Below are positions 8,892 through 17,793 of a DNA stretch of 32,000 nt, piece by piece. Each line of letters begins with the position of its first letter. Positions within the stretch are counted from its first letter, which is position 1. This DNA is from Okeania sp. (GTDB lineage: Bacteria > Cyanobacteriota > Cyanobacteriia > Cyanobacteriales > Microcoleaceae), in assembly GCF_035285525.1 (NCBI RefSeq), contig NZ_JAYKGW010000175.1, positions 1 to 32,000 on the forward strand, read 5' to 3'. The notes under the pieces were generated by a model. That model had not been told where the DNA came from. It saw only the letters and a list, made by a program, of their open reading frames with translations, and ran no database searches. The position numbers were made by a program, and so were the translations under genes.

Positions 8892-11800
8892 GTGCAAACA
8901 GCTCTTGGGGGTAAAGAGTTTTTTGAGTTGGGAGTTGAGTTTACAAAACAGCTTAAGAGTCTGAGTCAAGAATTAGGAGTAACTTTATTTATGACTCTAT
9001 TTACTGCTTTTAGCACTTTACTTTATCGTTATTCTGCTCAAGAAGATATACTGGTTGGTACACCCATTGCTAACCGCAACCGTAGTGAAATAGAAGGATT
9101 AATTGGCTTTTTTGTGAATACATTGGTGCTGCGAAGCAACTTTGAAGATAATCTCAGTTTTACTGAATTATTGCATCAGGTACGGCAGACTTCTTTGGAT
9201 GCTTACGCTCACCAGGATATACCGTTTGAGCAGTTAGTAGAAGCACTGCAACCAGAACGCAGTCTGAGTTACTCGCCTATATTTCAGGTAGTGTTTGCTC
9301 TGCAAAATGCACCAATGGAACCTTTGAATTTACCAGGTGTGAGTTTTAATTGGTTGCAGATGGAAAGTGCTAAAGCTAAGTTCGATCTAACTTTGTCAAT
9401 GGAGGAGACGGAAGCAGGATTAATTGGATATTGGGAATATAATCGGGATTTGTTTGCGCCAGCAACTATCCGTCGAGCTATCGGGCATTTTCAGACTTTG
9501 CTGGAGGCGATCGCTATTAATCCAGAAATGCGGGTGGCCGAACTCCCATTGTTAACAAAAGCAGAACGCCATCAGTTATTAGTAGAGTGGAATAATACCA
9601 AAATAACCTATCCTCAAAATTGGTGTATTCATCAGTTATTTGCACAGCAAGTAGAACGAACTCCCGACGCGGTAGCAGTTGTTTTTGAGGGCGAACAACT
9701 TACCTATCGTGAATTGAATGGCAAAGCAAATCAACTGGCGCAGTATTTGCAAACCTTGGGAGTTAAACCGGAAGTTTTAGTAGGTATTTGCGTAGAGCGA
9801 TCGCTAGAAATGATAATAGGATTGTTGGGCATTCTCAAAGCAGGTGGAGCTTATGTTCCTCTTGACTCCAACTCTCCACCAGAACGCCTAGCTTTTATAC
9901 TTGAGGATACTCAAATTTCCATTCTTCTGACACAAGAAAAGCTGAAATCTACAATTCCTGCCGTTGCCGATATTACCATCTGTTTAGATGCTCAGTGGCA
10001 TCAGATTGCACAACACGCTCCCACAAACCTGACAACTTCCGTTGAACCCAACAATCTAGCATACATCATCTATACCTCCGGTTCAACTGGTAAACCAAAA
10101 GGAGTATTAATTCAACATAACAATGTCAACCGACTGTTTGCAGCAACTCAATCCTGGTTTGACTTCAATAGTAACGATGTTTGGACTCTATTTCATTCAT
10201 ACGCTTTTGACTTTTCAGTGTGGGAAATATGGGGAGCATTGCTCTACGGAGGATGTTTAGTGGTTGTGCCGTATTGGATTAGCAGATCGCCCCAAGATTT
10301 TTATAAATTGCTTTGCGAACATAAAGTCACGGTACTCAATCAAACCCCCTCAGCTTTTCGGCAGTTAATTCAAATTGAGGAGTCTGTCAAGACCGAAAAT
10401 CCTCTCCAACTTCGTTTTGTTATTTTTGGCGGAGAAGCTTTAGAAGTCAATAGTCTAGAATCCTGGTTCGAGCGACATGGTTATAGTTCTCCTCAACTTA
10501 TCAATATGTATGGCATCACTGAAACCACAGTTCATGTTACTTATTGCCCGTTAACAATATCAGACCTAAAACGTAGCGCTAGTCCCATCGGTTCCCCCAT
10601 TCCAGATATACAAGTTTACATTCTCGATAAAAATCTCCAACCCCTGCCCATCGGAGTACCAGGAGAACTTCATATTGGCGGTACCGGATTAGCCAGAGGT
10701 TATCTCAACCGTCCGGAATTAACCGCAGAAAAATTTATCCCCAATCCCTTTAGGACGGAACCAAATTCCCGTATTCAAAAAATTGAAGATCGGGAACGCT
10801 ACCCTAACGACACCAAAACAACTTATCCTCAAAATCAGTGCATTCATCAATTATTTGAGTCACAAGTAGAACAAACTCCCGATGCGGTAGCAGTTGTTTT
10901 TGAGGGCGAACAACTCACCTATCGTGAATTGAATCAGAAAGCAAATCAACTGGCGCAGTATTTGCAAAGTTTAGGAGTGAAACCGGAAGTTGTGGTGGGT
11001 ATTTGTGTAGAGCGATCGCTAGAAATGATCGTAGGATTGTTAGGCATACTCAAAGCAGGTGGAGCTTATGTTCCATTTAATCCAGCAGAAATTAACGAGC
11101 GTTTTGCTTTTGTCTTTGAAGATAGTCAAGCATCAGTGTTATTAACCCAACAATCATTTCTAGATAGACTTCCTCAAATTGATTGCCCAGTCGTATGCTT
11201 AGATACAGACTGGGAAAGCAACTCGAAGGATGAGGAAAACCAACCCCAAAATTTGGCTACCGCTGAAAATCTCGCCTACATTATCTATACTTCTGGCTCA
11301 ACTGGTCAACCCAAAGGAGTGCCGATTTCTCATGGCAATCTTTCTCCTCTCCTACATTGGGGATATCAACACTTGCAACTCACCGCAGCCGATCGCTGTA
11401 TTCAATATCTTTCTTATTACTTTGATTGGTCAGTTTGGGAAATATTTATGACCCTAACTTCCGGTGCTTCTCTGTTCATTCCCTCCCAGGAAGACGCTCT
11501 AAACTTTACCAAGACTCTTGATTTTATCAAAAAAAATCAAATTACAGTTCTGCACAGTACCCCTACTCAATTTCAGAATTTAATGAGCGATCGCCAGTCA
11601 TTAGCAACCCTAAAATATGTTTCTCTGGGTGGAGAAGCAGTAAGTTATGAGCTAGTTAAGCGCTCTCACCAATTACTTTCTCCAGATTGCCGTATTTTTA
11701 ATATGTACGGACCAACAGAAGCCACAATTATTACAACTGTTCAAGAAATAGAGCGATCCAATATTGACTTATATCGGGATTTACCAACTGTTCCCATTGG

Positions 11801-13412
11801 CGTCCCCATTGCCAACGCTAGCTGTTACATTCTCAATGCCAACAATATTCTGCAACCTATTGGGATTCCAGGAGAATTGTATATTTCCGGAGACGGTGTA
11901 GCACGAGGCTATCTTAACAGGGAAAAATTAACTTCCCAGAAGTTTGTTGTTGCTGATTCCCAGTCAGATTTTCTACCCTCGACTCTTATGTATAAAACAG
12001 GTGACTTAGCGCGTTGGTTGCCCCATGGAAATATAGAGTTTATCGGACGTATCGATAATCAAGTCAAAATCCGAGGTTTCCGTATCGAACTCGGAGAAAT
12101 TGAGGCAACTTTAACTCAAAATCCAAATGTGAGCGAAGCCGTCGTTATCGTTCGAGAAGATACTCCCGGAGACAAACGCATCGTTGCCTATATCGTTGCG
12201 AAAGCAGAAGTAACATCCTCTCAGTTACGGAGTTTCCTAAAAACAAAACTACCAGATTACATGATACCTTCTGCTTTCGTCTTTTTAGATGCCATACCTC
12301 TAACTCCCAATGGCAAAACTAATCGTCGCGCTCTCCCCGCACCAGATACTACTCATCTCTCTCAAGCAACAGGAATAGCACCCCGCACCACCACCGAACT
12401 GAAACTGGTACAAATTTGGTCGGAAATTCTCAATATTCCTACCTTGGGAGTGCGAGATAATTTCTTCGAGTTAGGTGGTCATTCCCTGTTAGCAGTCCGC
12501 TTAATGGCTCGGATCGAACAGCAATTTGGCATCCATCTACCTTTAGCAACTCTGTTTACCGAACCCACCATCGAATCTATTGCCAGTTTATTGAATTCTG
12601 CTACCGACGCCCAATCTTTTTCCCCCCTCGTACCGATTCAGAAAACAGGAGATTTACCACCTTTCTTCTGCATTCATCCCGTGGGAGGCAACGTTTTGTG
12701 TTATACAAAATTAGCCGATAGTTTAGTCAATACCCGACCCGTTTACGGTTTGCAGTCCCCCGGTTTATATGGAAATTCTCAACCGTTAACTCGCATTGAA
12801 GACATGGCTGCTTGTTACATTGAAGCCTTGCAGACAGTGCAACCAAAAGGACCTTATTATTTAGTCGGTTGGTCTTTAGGTGGTGTCGTTGCTTGGGAAA
12901 TGGCACAGCAACTACAAGATTTAGGAGCAGAAGTTAGTTTATTAGCTTTAATTGATAGTTACGCACCTACAGTTCTTCAAAAAGAAATTGATGACACTTT
13001 TCTGACTAATGCTCTAGTTACCGATCTTGGGGCTATGTTTGGCAAGGAGTTATCAATTTCTGCCAACGAACTCCAGCAACTTTTACCAGAGGAACAATTA
13101 AATAGTATCCTCCCAGAAGCCAAACGCCTAAATATTTTGCCGCCAGAAATCAGCATCGAACAGATGGAACGGTTGTTTGAGGTGTTCAAAGCTAACCTGA
13201 AAGCGATGTATAACTATGTACCATCACCTTATGCTGGTAAAACAGTTCTGTTTTGTGCTAGCGATCAAGTTTCTCAACGAGGTTGGAGTTCTCTAGGGAC
13301 GGAAGCGATGGAAACTTATATTATTCCTGGAGACCATTATGGGATGCTGCGGGAACCAAATGTGGGGGTTTTGGCTAAACAGTTAGAAATTTGTTTACAG
13401 CGGTTTTCCTAA
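8892..13412 (+). CDS. NRPS segment 4: condensation C-terminus, truncated A domain, complete A domain, carrier domain, thioesterase
   Basis: Two sets of YIIYTSGSTG.PKG motifs; only the second is followed by [25 protein letters not shown] and PNGKTNRR. Then FFELGGHSL and GWSLGG. Confidence 0.9.
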   Translation: MQTALGGKEFFELGVEFTKQLKSLSQELGVTLFMTLFTAFSTLLYRYSAQEDILVGTPIANRNRSEIEGLIGFFVNTLVLRSNFEDNLSFTELLHQVRQTSLDAYAHQDIPFEQLVEALQPERSLSYSPIFQVVFALQNAPMEPLNLPGVSFNWLQMESAKAKFDLTLSMEETEAGLIGYWEYNRDLFAPATIRRAIGHFQTLLEAIAINPEMRVAELPLLTKAERHQLLVEWNNTKITYPQNWCIHQLFAQQVERTPDAVAVVFEGEQLTYRELNGKANQLAQYLQTLGVKPEVLVGICVERSLEMIIGLLGILKAGGAYVPLDSNSPPERLAFILEDTQISILLTQEKLKSTIPAVADITICLDAQWHQIAQHAPTNLTTSVEPNNLAYIIYTSGSTGKPKGVLIQHNNVNRLFAATQSWFDFNSNDVWTLFHSYAFDFSVWEIWGALLYGGCLVVVPYWISRSPQDFYKLLCEHKVTVLNQTPSAFRQLIQIEESVKTENPLQLRFVIFGGEALEVNSLESWFERHGYSSPQLINMYGITETTVHVTYCPLTISDLKRSASPIGSPIPDIQVYILDKNLQPLPIGVPGELHIGGTGLARGYLNRPELTAEKFIPNPFRTEPNSRIQKIEDRERYPNDTKTTYPQNQCIHQLFESQVEQTPDAVAVVFEGEQLTYRELNQKANQLAQYLQSLGVKPEVVVGICVERSLEMIVGLLGILKAGGAYVPFNPAEINERFAFVFEDSQASVLLTQQSFLDRLPQIDCPVVCLDTDWESNSKDEENQPQNLATAENLAYIIYTSGSTGQPKGVPISHGNLSPLLHWGYQHLQLTAADRCIQYLSYYFDWSVWEIFMTLTSGASLFIPSQEDALNFTKTLDFIKKNQITVLHSTPTQFQNLMSDRQSLATLKYVSLGGEAVSYELVKRSHQLLSPDCRIFNMYGPTEATIITTVQEIERSNIDLYRDLPTVPIGVPIANASCYILNANNILQPIGIPGELYISGDGVARGYLNREKLTSQKFVVADSQSDFLPSTLMYKTGDLARWLPHGNIEFIGRIDNQVKIRGFRIELGEIEATLTQNPNVSEAVVIVREDTPGDKRIVAYIVAKAEVTSSQLRSFLKTKLPDYMIPSAFVFLDAIPLTPNGKTNRRALPAPDTTHLSQATGIAPRTTTELKLVQIWSEILNIPTLGVRDNFFELGGHSLLAVRLMARIEQQFGIHLPLATLFTEPTIESIASLLNSATDAQSFSPLVPIQKTGDLPPFFCIHPVGGNVLCYTKLADSLVNTRPVYGLQSPGLYGNSQPLTRIEDMAACYIEALQTVQPKGPYYLVGWSLGGVVAWEMAQQLQDLGAEVSLLALIDSYAPTVLQKEIDDTFLTNALVTDLGAMFGKELSISANELQQLLPEEQLNSILPEAKRLNILPPEISIEQMERLFEVFKANLKAMYNYVPSPYAGKTVLFCASDQVSQRGWSSLGTEAMETYIIPGDHYGMLREPNVGVLAKQLEICLQRFS

Positions 13413-13505
13413 ACTGTAAAGCACACTAGGGACGTTGTATAAGGGCGTCCCTACAAGGTTTGGGTTATGACAATGTGGTTCATCAAGAGTGAAAAGCGCT
13501 GTCAT
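13413..13505. mobile_element. Degenerate copy of the MITE family carrying a (C/G)TAGGGACG...CGTCCCTAC hairpin (stem 13426-13452), immediately after the NRPS stop
   Basis: Resembles the intact copy at 23681-23786. The hairpin could double as a terminator but has no U tract. Confidence 0.5.
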
Positions 13506-13507
13506 TT

Positions 13508-13525
13508 CAGTTATCAGTTATCAGT
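13508..13525. repeat. Heptamer array (CAGTTAT)x2.5
   Basis: Read directly. Confidence 0.85.
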
Positions 13526-13637
13526 AGAGAGTGAACCTCTGACTAAAGTCGGAGGCTGGAAATACTGATTTATCACGAACCGTGTTCAAATTTTTTCATC
13601 CCCGAACCAGGGGAGGCTTTATACCTCTTTTTTTGGT

Positions 13638-13784
13638 CAGGACTTATGCAACATAACGTATTTCTTTCATTGCGAGGCTCGCAGCGCCAGCGACAGGGTT
13701 TCGCTCCGCGACATCGAAAGCACAACATTCCGTCAGGAAAATAATCTCAAATGCCTAAAACTCCTTCCCAATGCGTAAGTCCTG
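13638..13784. mobile_element. MITE (CAGGACTTATGC...GCGTAAGTCCTG termini)
   Basis: TIRs at both ends; similar copy at 16936-17051. Confidence 0.7.
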
Positions 13785-13809
13785 TTGGTAAAAAAGACGT
13801 AGAAATATT

Positions 13810-13900
13810 AGCACTTACCCAAATTCTGAAATAATAAGCTATCTGTAGAGGGGAAATGCCATTTCCCCCTAGCAGATATAGTGGTTCTGTGTAAGTCCTG
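13810..13900. mobile_element. Degenerate MITE of the same TIR family with an internal GAGGGGAAATG/CATTTCCCCC hairpin
   Basis: AGCACTTAC...GTAAGTCCTG ends. Confidence 0.45.
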
Positions 13901-13916
13901 TTTTACTCAAGCACCA

Positions 13917-15260
13917 CTAAGCTCGCAGAATAAAGTTATCTCCAATTAATATAGGTAGTGCATCATCAACAGGAAGTAAATTAGCAAACTGACCACCATT
14001 ACCAAAACCTGCTGTAGCACCATTGGGATTGTAGTACAAATTACCACTTTGTACACTTTGAACAATCAAAGCATCTGAAGTAGCAGCAGCAGCATCTGTG
14101 GCAACTATGTCAAATTCACTGTCAACGCTAAATCCTGGTGCTGTTCTGCTGCTGGGATCGCTGGTAATAGCAGCAAAAGTAGAGATATCCAAAAGAATAA
14201 AGTCTTTATCTGTATTAAAGTCTGTAATTGTATCTACTCCCACATCATCTGTATTAAATGCCTCATTAGTGTTAAAAATGAAGAAGTCAATACTAGCACC
14301 ACCTGTAAGAGTATCATTACCAGAACCACCATTGAGGCGATCGCGACCTTGACCACCTTTCAATATATCATTACCACTACCACCAAGTAAGCGATCGAAC
14401 CCAGTGCGTCCCTCTAAAATATCGTCACCTGTACCACCTCTGAGCAAGTCATTACCAGCACCACCCACTAACCAATCTCTGCCACCGAGACCATTTAGAG
14501 TATCATCACCTGGCAGACCTATAATACTATCAGGTAGATCGGTTCCACTAATCTTATCATTCTCAGCACTGCCACGAATATCTTCTAAAACAGTAATGCG
14601 AGCTATTTCAAAATTTTCTCCATCATTTTGTGTTGTGAAATCTGCATCAGGACGTGCTGTTAAAATACCTCCTAAGTCAGAACCTTCTTCTCGGACACTA
14701 CCAATAAAACCAGGGTGGAATCGAACTGTACCAGCTTCATCTACACCCGTATTGGGGTCTTCCTGACCTAGTGCTACTGTATTTTCAGGAATTTCATCAT
14801 TTATCTCTGTTCCTGCATCCCAGACGCGGTTGCCACTAACTATAAAATCAACTTCTAACAAATTTCCTGTGTTATCGAAAACTTCATAAGCAAGAGCGCT
14901 TTCATTCCCAATAAAGGCATCATTACTAGGCAAGATCATGGAAGCATAGCTAAAGAATGTGTCCTGAGTTTCGTCTACCTCAAATGCTTGAATACCCGTG
15001 TTTCCTTGGGTAAAAGGTCCATTAGGAGATGAAATTACTCCAGCAGTAGAACCAGCTTCACTATTAACAAACTCAGTAGCTATACCATCAGGAGAACCAT
15101 CTTCAGCGATCCTTTCTAAACCTTCACTAGCAACTTCATTAATATCAAATAGATCAAAACCACCATTATGGAATCCTACCCATACTGGAGAAAAGAACAG
15201 AGAAGTATCTGCATCACCTTGAGAAACTACATTCTCAACTATAACTCTAACTTTAGCCAT
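13917..15260 (-). CDS. Spondin_N-like domain protein with C-terminal RTX (hemolysin-type) calcium-binding repeats
   Basis: 447 aa. N-terminus VRVIVENV...SPVWVGFHNGGFDLF...GLERIAEDG resembles spondin_N. Then about 8 nonapeptide repeats (GGAGNDLLRGGTGDDILEG...GGSGNDTLTGG). No Sec signal. Confidence 0.8.
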   Translation of the reverse strand: MAKVRVIVENVVSQGDADTSLFFSPVWVGFHNGGFDLFDINEVASEGLERIAEDGSPDGIATEFVNSEAGSTAGVISSPNGPFTQGNTGIQAFEVDETQDTFFSYASMILPSNDAFIGNESALAYEVFDNTGNLLEVDFIVSGNRVWDAGTEINDEIPENTVALGQEDPNTGVDEAGTVRFHPGFIGSVREEGSDLGGILTARPDADFTTQNDGENFEIARITVLEDIRGSAENDKISGTDLPDSIIGLPGDDTLNGLGGRDWLVGGAGNDLLRGGTGDDILEGRTGFDRLLGGSGNDILKGGQGRDRLNGGSGNDTLTGGASIDFFIFNTNEAFNTDDVGVDTITDFNTDKDFILLDISTFAAITSDPSSRTAPGFSVDSEFDIVATDAAAATSDALIVQSVQSGNLYYNPNGATAGFGNGGQFANLLPVDDALPILIGDNFILRA

Positions 15261-15333
15261 AAAGTTTATCCTAAGTAAATTAGTTAGTTATTATGAACAG
15301 AACTTACGCAAAGGTACTATAATATAGATTTCA

Positions 15334-15355
15334 AAAACTATTGCGCAATAGTTTT
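15334..15355. promoter_or_regulatory. Perfect 22-bp palindrome AAAACTATTGC|GCAATAGTTTT, 74-95 nt upstream of the RTX gene start
   Basis: Read directly; function (operator or hairpin) not established. Confidence 0.3.
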
Positions 15356-15532
15356 AAGCACTATATTTATGGTAACAGCGTAAGTGTTGATGGATTAAGT
15401 TTACCCAAATAATTTATCTTTTTTAACAGCTTAAAAAAAATACATATTTTTTTAAGCTGTAGGTTTTTGGTAAAGGAGAAAACCCACCCCTAACCCCTCC
15501 CAGGAGGAGGACTTGACAGGACATAAAAGGTA

Positions 15533-15644
15533 CAGAACTTACCCAAAGGCACTATATATAGAGTATTGGTCTGTTGTGCGTTGTGCGCTTTTCATGTCGC
15601 GTAGCGAAACACACCCTACCCATAGCGTTCATGCCTAAGTCCTG
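15533..15644. mobile_element. Full-length MITE (CAGAACTTACCC...GCCTAAGTCCTG)
   Basis: Both TIRs present; the interior is the reverse complement of the 4882 and 25089 copies. Confidence 0.75.
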
Positions 15645-15727
15645 AGGTAGAAAAATAGCTTCATAATAGCCAGCCTAATTATACAAATTTGATATAAGTT
15701 CTATCAATCAGGTATAGTATCAAAATT

Positions 15728-15830
15728 AGGACTTAGAAGGGAGGAACCCGGTTTCTACGATAAATCGTTGTTTTCAGCAGTAAGAATCTACCCTCGTACC
15801 GGGTTTCTGGGTTCCCGTGGCTTTAGTCCT
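15728..15830. mobile_element. MITE with AGGACTTAG...CTTTAGTCCT ends and a CCGGTTTC / CCGGGTTTC core
   Basis: Inverted copy at 17598-17701. Confidence 0.7.
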
Positions 15831-15861
15831 GAAAATGTAGATAAAATTTGGATAATAGAGA

Positions 15862-16701
15862 ATGAAAATAGCAATTATTGGCTGTGGTTATGTTGGTAGT
15901 GCAGTTGCTCAACTTTGGAGTCAGAAAGGTCATCAACTTACTGTAACTACTACTACTCCAGAACGGGTTTCAGAACTACAAAATATAACACCACAAGTAG
16001 TAGTAATGAAAGGCAATGACTCTCAAGCGATGCAGGATGTACTGCAAAATCAAGAAGTAGTATTGTTGAGTGTGGGCGATCGCTACCGAACTGGATATAA
16101 ACAAACTTACCTAGAAACTGCCCAAACTCTGGTTGCTGCATTAAAACAAACTCCTACTGTAAAACAAATAATTTATACAGCTAGTTACTCGGTTTATGGT
16201 GACAAAAATGGTGAGTGGGTGGATGAAAACTCCCCTGTTACTCCCTCGACTGAAAGTGGAAAAATTCTCCATGAAACTGAGGAGGTTTTATTATCTGCAT
16301 CTACTCCCCAACAACCAGTGTGTATTCTGCGTTTAGGTGGAATTTATGGTCCAGGTAGAGAGTTAGTGAAAATTTTTAGTAGGTGGGAGGGTCAAACTCG
16401 TCCTGGTAGTGGTGATGATGTTACTAACTGGATTCATTTGGATGATATTGTCGGAGCATTAGAGTTTGCTAGGGAAAAGCGTTTGCAGGGTATCTACAAT
16501 TTGGTAAGTAATGTACCAATGATTAGTCGAGAATTACTTGATGGTTTACATAAATATCAGGGTTTAGAAAAAATTTATTGGGATCCCTCTACCTCTTCAA
16601 CACGGCCTTTTAATGCTAGAGTATCAAATCAAAAATTGAGAAATGAAGGTTTTAAGTTAATTCATCCAGAAATTAAGATTAACATTGGTTCTACAATATA
16701 A
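15862..16701 (+). CDS. SDR / NAD-dependent epimerase-dehydratase family oxidoreductase
   Basis: 279 aa with N-terminal Rossmann motif MKIAIIGCGYVGS and length typical of atypical SDRs. Confidence 0.75.
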   Translation: MKIAIIGCGYVGSAVAQLWSQKGHQLTVTTTTPERVSELQNITPQVVVMKGNDSQAMQDVLQNQEVVLLSVGDRYRTGYKQTYLETAQTLVAALKQTPTVKQIIYTASYSVYGDKNGEWVDENSPVTPSTESGKILHETEEVLLSASTPQQPVCILRLGGIYGPGRELVKIFSRWEGQTRPGSGDDVTNWIHLDDIVGALEFAREKRLQGIYNLVSNVPMISRELLDGLHKYQGLEKIYWDPSTSSTRPFNARVSNQKLRNEGFKLIHPEIKINIGSTI

Positions 16702-16788
16702 TGGTTGTGCATTGCCATTATGGTAGTCTTGTATAGTAGGAATATCTAGAGTTTGCTGAAAAAAGCAGAGTGTGGGAAGGGTGAACTG

Positions 16789-16821
16789 AGAAACCCGGTT
16801 TATACAAAAAACCGGGTTTCT
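16789..16821. terminator. 13-bp-stem hairpin AGAAACCCGGTTT-loop-AAACCGGGTTTCT followed by TTTG; part of a repeat element (16753-16826)
   Basis: Perfect inverted repeat downstream of the SDR gene; same element inverted at 21226-21294. Confidence 0.5.
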
Positions 16822-16935
16822 TTGCGTAATATCAAATATCAATTCGAGAATAAGCTTTTACTACCAGAAAAAAGGGAAAACTCCTATTTTACTGGGTTTG
16901 GTCTCCCAACCCCTACGGAGAGTGAGTTCTATAAT

Positions 16936-17051
16936 CAGGACTAAAGCCACGCGCAACGTATTTCTGTCATTGATCGCGAGGAGTGTTTGCGAAGCAGTCC
17001 GTTAGGATAGCAATCTCAAATGCCCAAAAATCCTCGATTATGCGTAAGTCC
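16936..17051. mobile_element. MITE (CAGGACTAAAG...GCGTAAGTCCC)
   Basis: Similar to 13638-13784. Confidence 0.65.
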
Positions 17052-17061
17052 CGATCATATC

Positions 17062-17499
17062 TTAGGTGTTGCCCTTGTGGTCATCACGATCATCATCGTC
17101 ATCGTCATCATCGTCATCATCGTCATCGTCATCATCGTCGTATGAAGATAACTCATCAAGTTCAATTACTGTTCCATCTTGGCGAGTAATAGAAACAGCA
17201 TCAAAATCATCATCGTCGTACCTTCCAGCAACTATTACTTGTTCTCCCACAAATAAATTTGTCAGTTTCCTATCGTCAGTATCAACTAAAATTTGTCCTG
17301 TGCCATCATCAAGCATAAATTCATCGCCCGAAATTCCGATCACTTCCCCGAAAATAGTAGTTAAATTGCGACTACGTTTTAATTCTCCGATTGCAGTTTG
17401 AGCAAAAGAAGTAGGGGTGAAAATTGGAAAGAAAACTACACAAGTAGCGATCGCTCCTGTTAAACTTTTGGCTACTTTACTAACGTTAATGAAATTCAT
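17062..17499 (-). CDS. Secreted single-module BOF/YgiW-like OB-fold protein with a 17-residue poly-Asp C-terminal tail
   Basis: Sec-type signal (hydrophobic core, SFA-QT); module IFGEVIGISGDEFMLDDGTGQILVDTD...GEQVIVAGRYDDDDFDAVSITRQDG matches the BOF pattern; D17 encoded at 17089-17139. Confidence 0.8.
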   Translation of the reverse strand: MNFINVSKVAKSLTGAIATCVVFFPIFTPTSFAQTAIGELKRSRNLTTIFGEVIGISGDEFMLDDGTGQILVDTDDRKLTNLFVGEQVIVAGRYDDDDFDAVSITRQDGTVIELDELSSYDDDDDDDDDDDDDDDDDRDDHKGNT

Positions 17500-17597
17500 G
17501 GTGATTAATCTCCTATAAATGTTTTCAAATTCAATCCCTGTTGAGATGGGGAGGAGAAAAGCCTCTAATTAAATACGTTGACTCTCCCAAAATACCT

Positions 17598-17701
17598 CAG
17601 GACTAAAGCCACGCGAACCCAGAAACCCGGTACGAGCGTGGATATTTATTGTCAAAAACAATGATTTACTGTAGAAACCGGGTTTCTTTGCGTAAGTCCT
17701 G
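17598..17701. mobile_element. MITE, inverted copy of the 15728-15830 family
   Basis: CAGGACTAAAG...GCGTAAGTCCTG ends with internal CCGGGTTTC motifs. Confidence 0.7.
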
Positions 17702-17793
17702 TACCTATTGAATGGCTTCTTTATAAGTTGTCAATTTTGTCAAGTTTCTCCTGAAAAGAAGCAAGTTGACAAACCTGGTCGTAAGTTCAGATA

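Larger units (their letters stand above)
5044..13412 (+). pseudogene. Non-ribosomal peptide synthetase, A(MT)-T-C-A*(truncated)-A-T-TE, interrupted by two in-frame stops and one frameshift
   Basis: Four consecutive ORFs form one continuous NRPS reading. TAG at 6109-6111 and TAA at 8862-8864 are in frame; a -1 shift lies in the C8 run at 7317-7324. Confidence 0.7.

Noticed and set aside
14098-15222. Three plus-strand ORFs (14098-14352, 14404-14766, 14998-15222)
   Set aside because: They are antisense to the RTX/spondin gene with low-complexity Ser/Pro-rich translations and no recognisable motifs.
16983-17401. His-rich ORF (HHDHHRHRHHRHH, 16983-17189) and poly-Ser ORF (17066-17401) on the plus strand
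   Set aside because: Both are alternative-frame or antisense readings of the (GAT/GAC)n tract. The minus-strand gene has a signal peptide and an OB-fold module shared with its neighbour, so it is the real gene.
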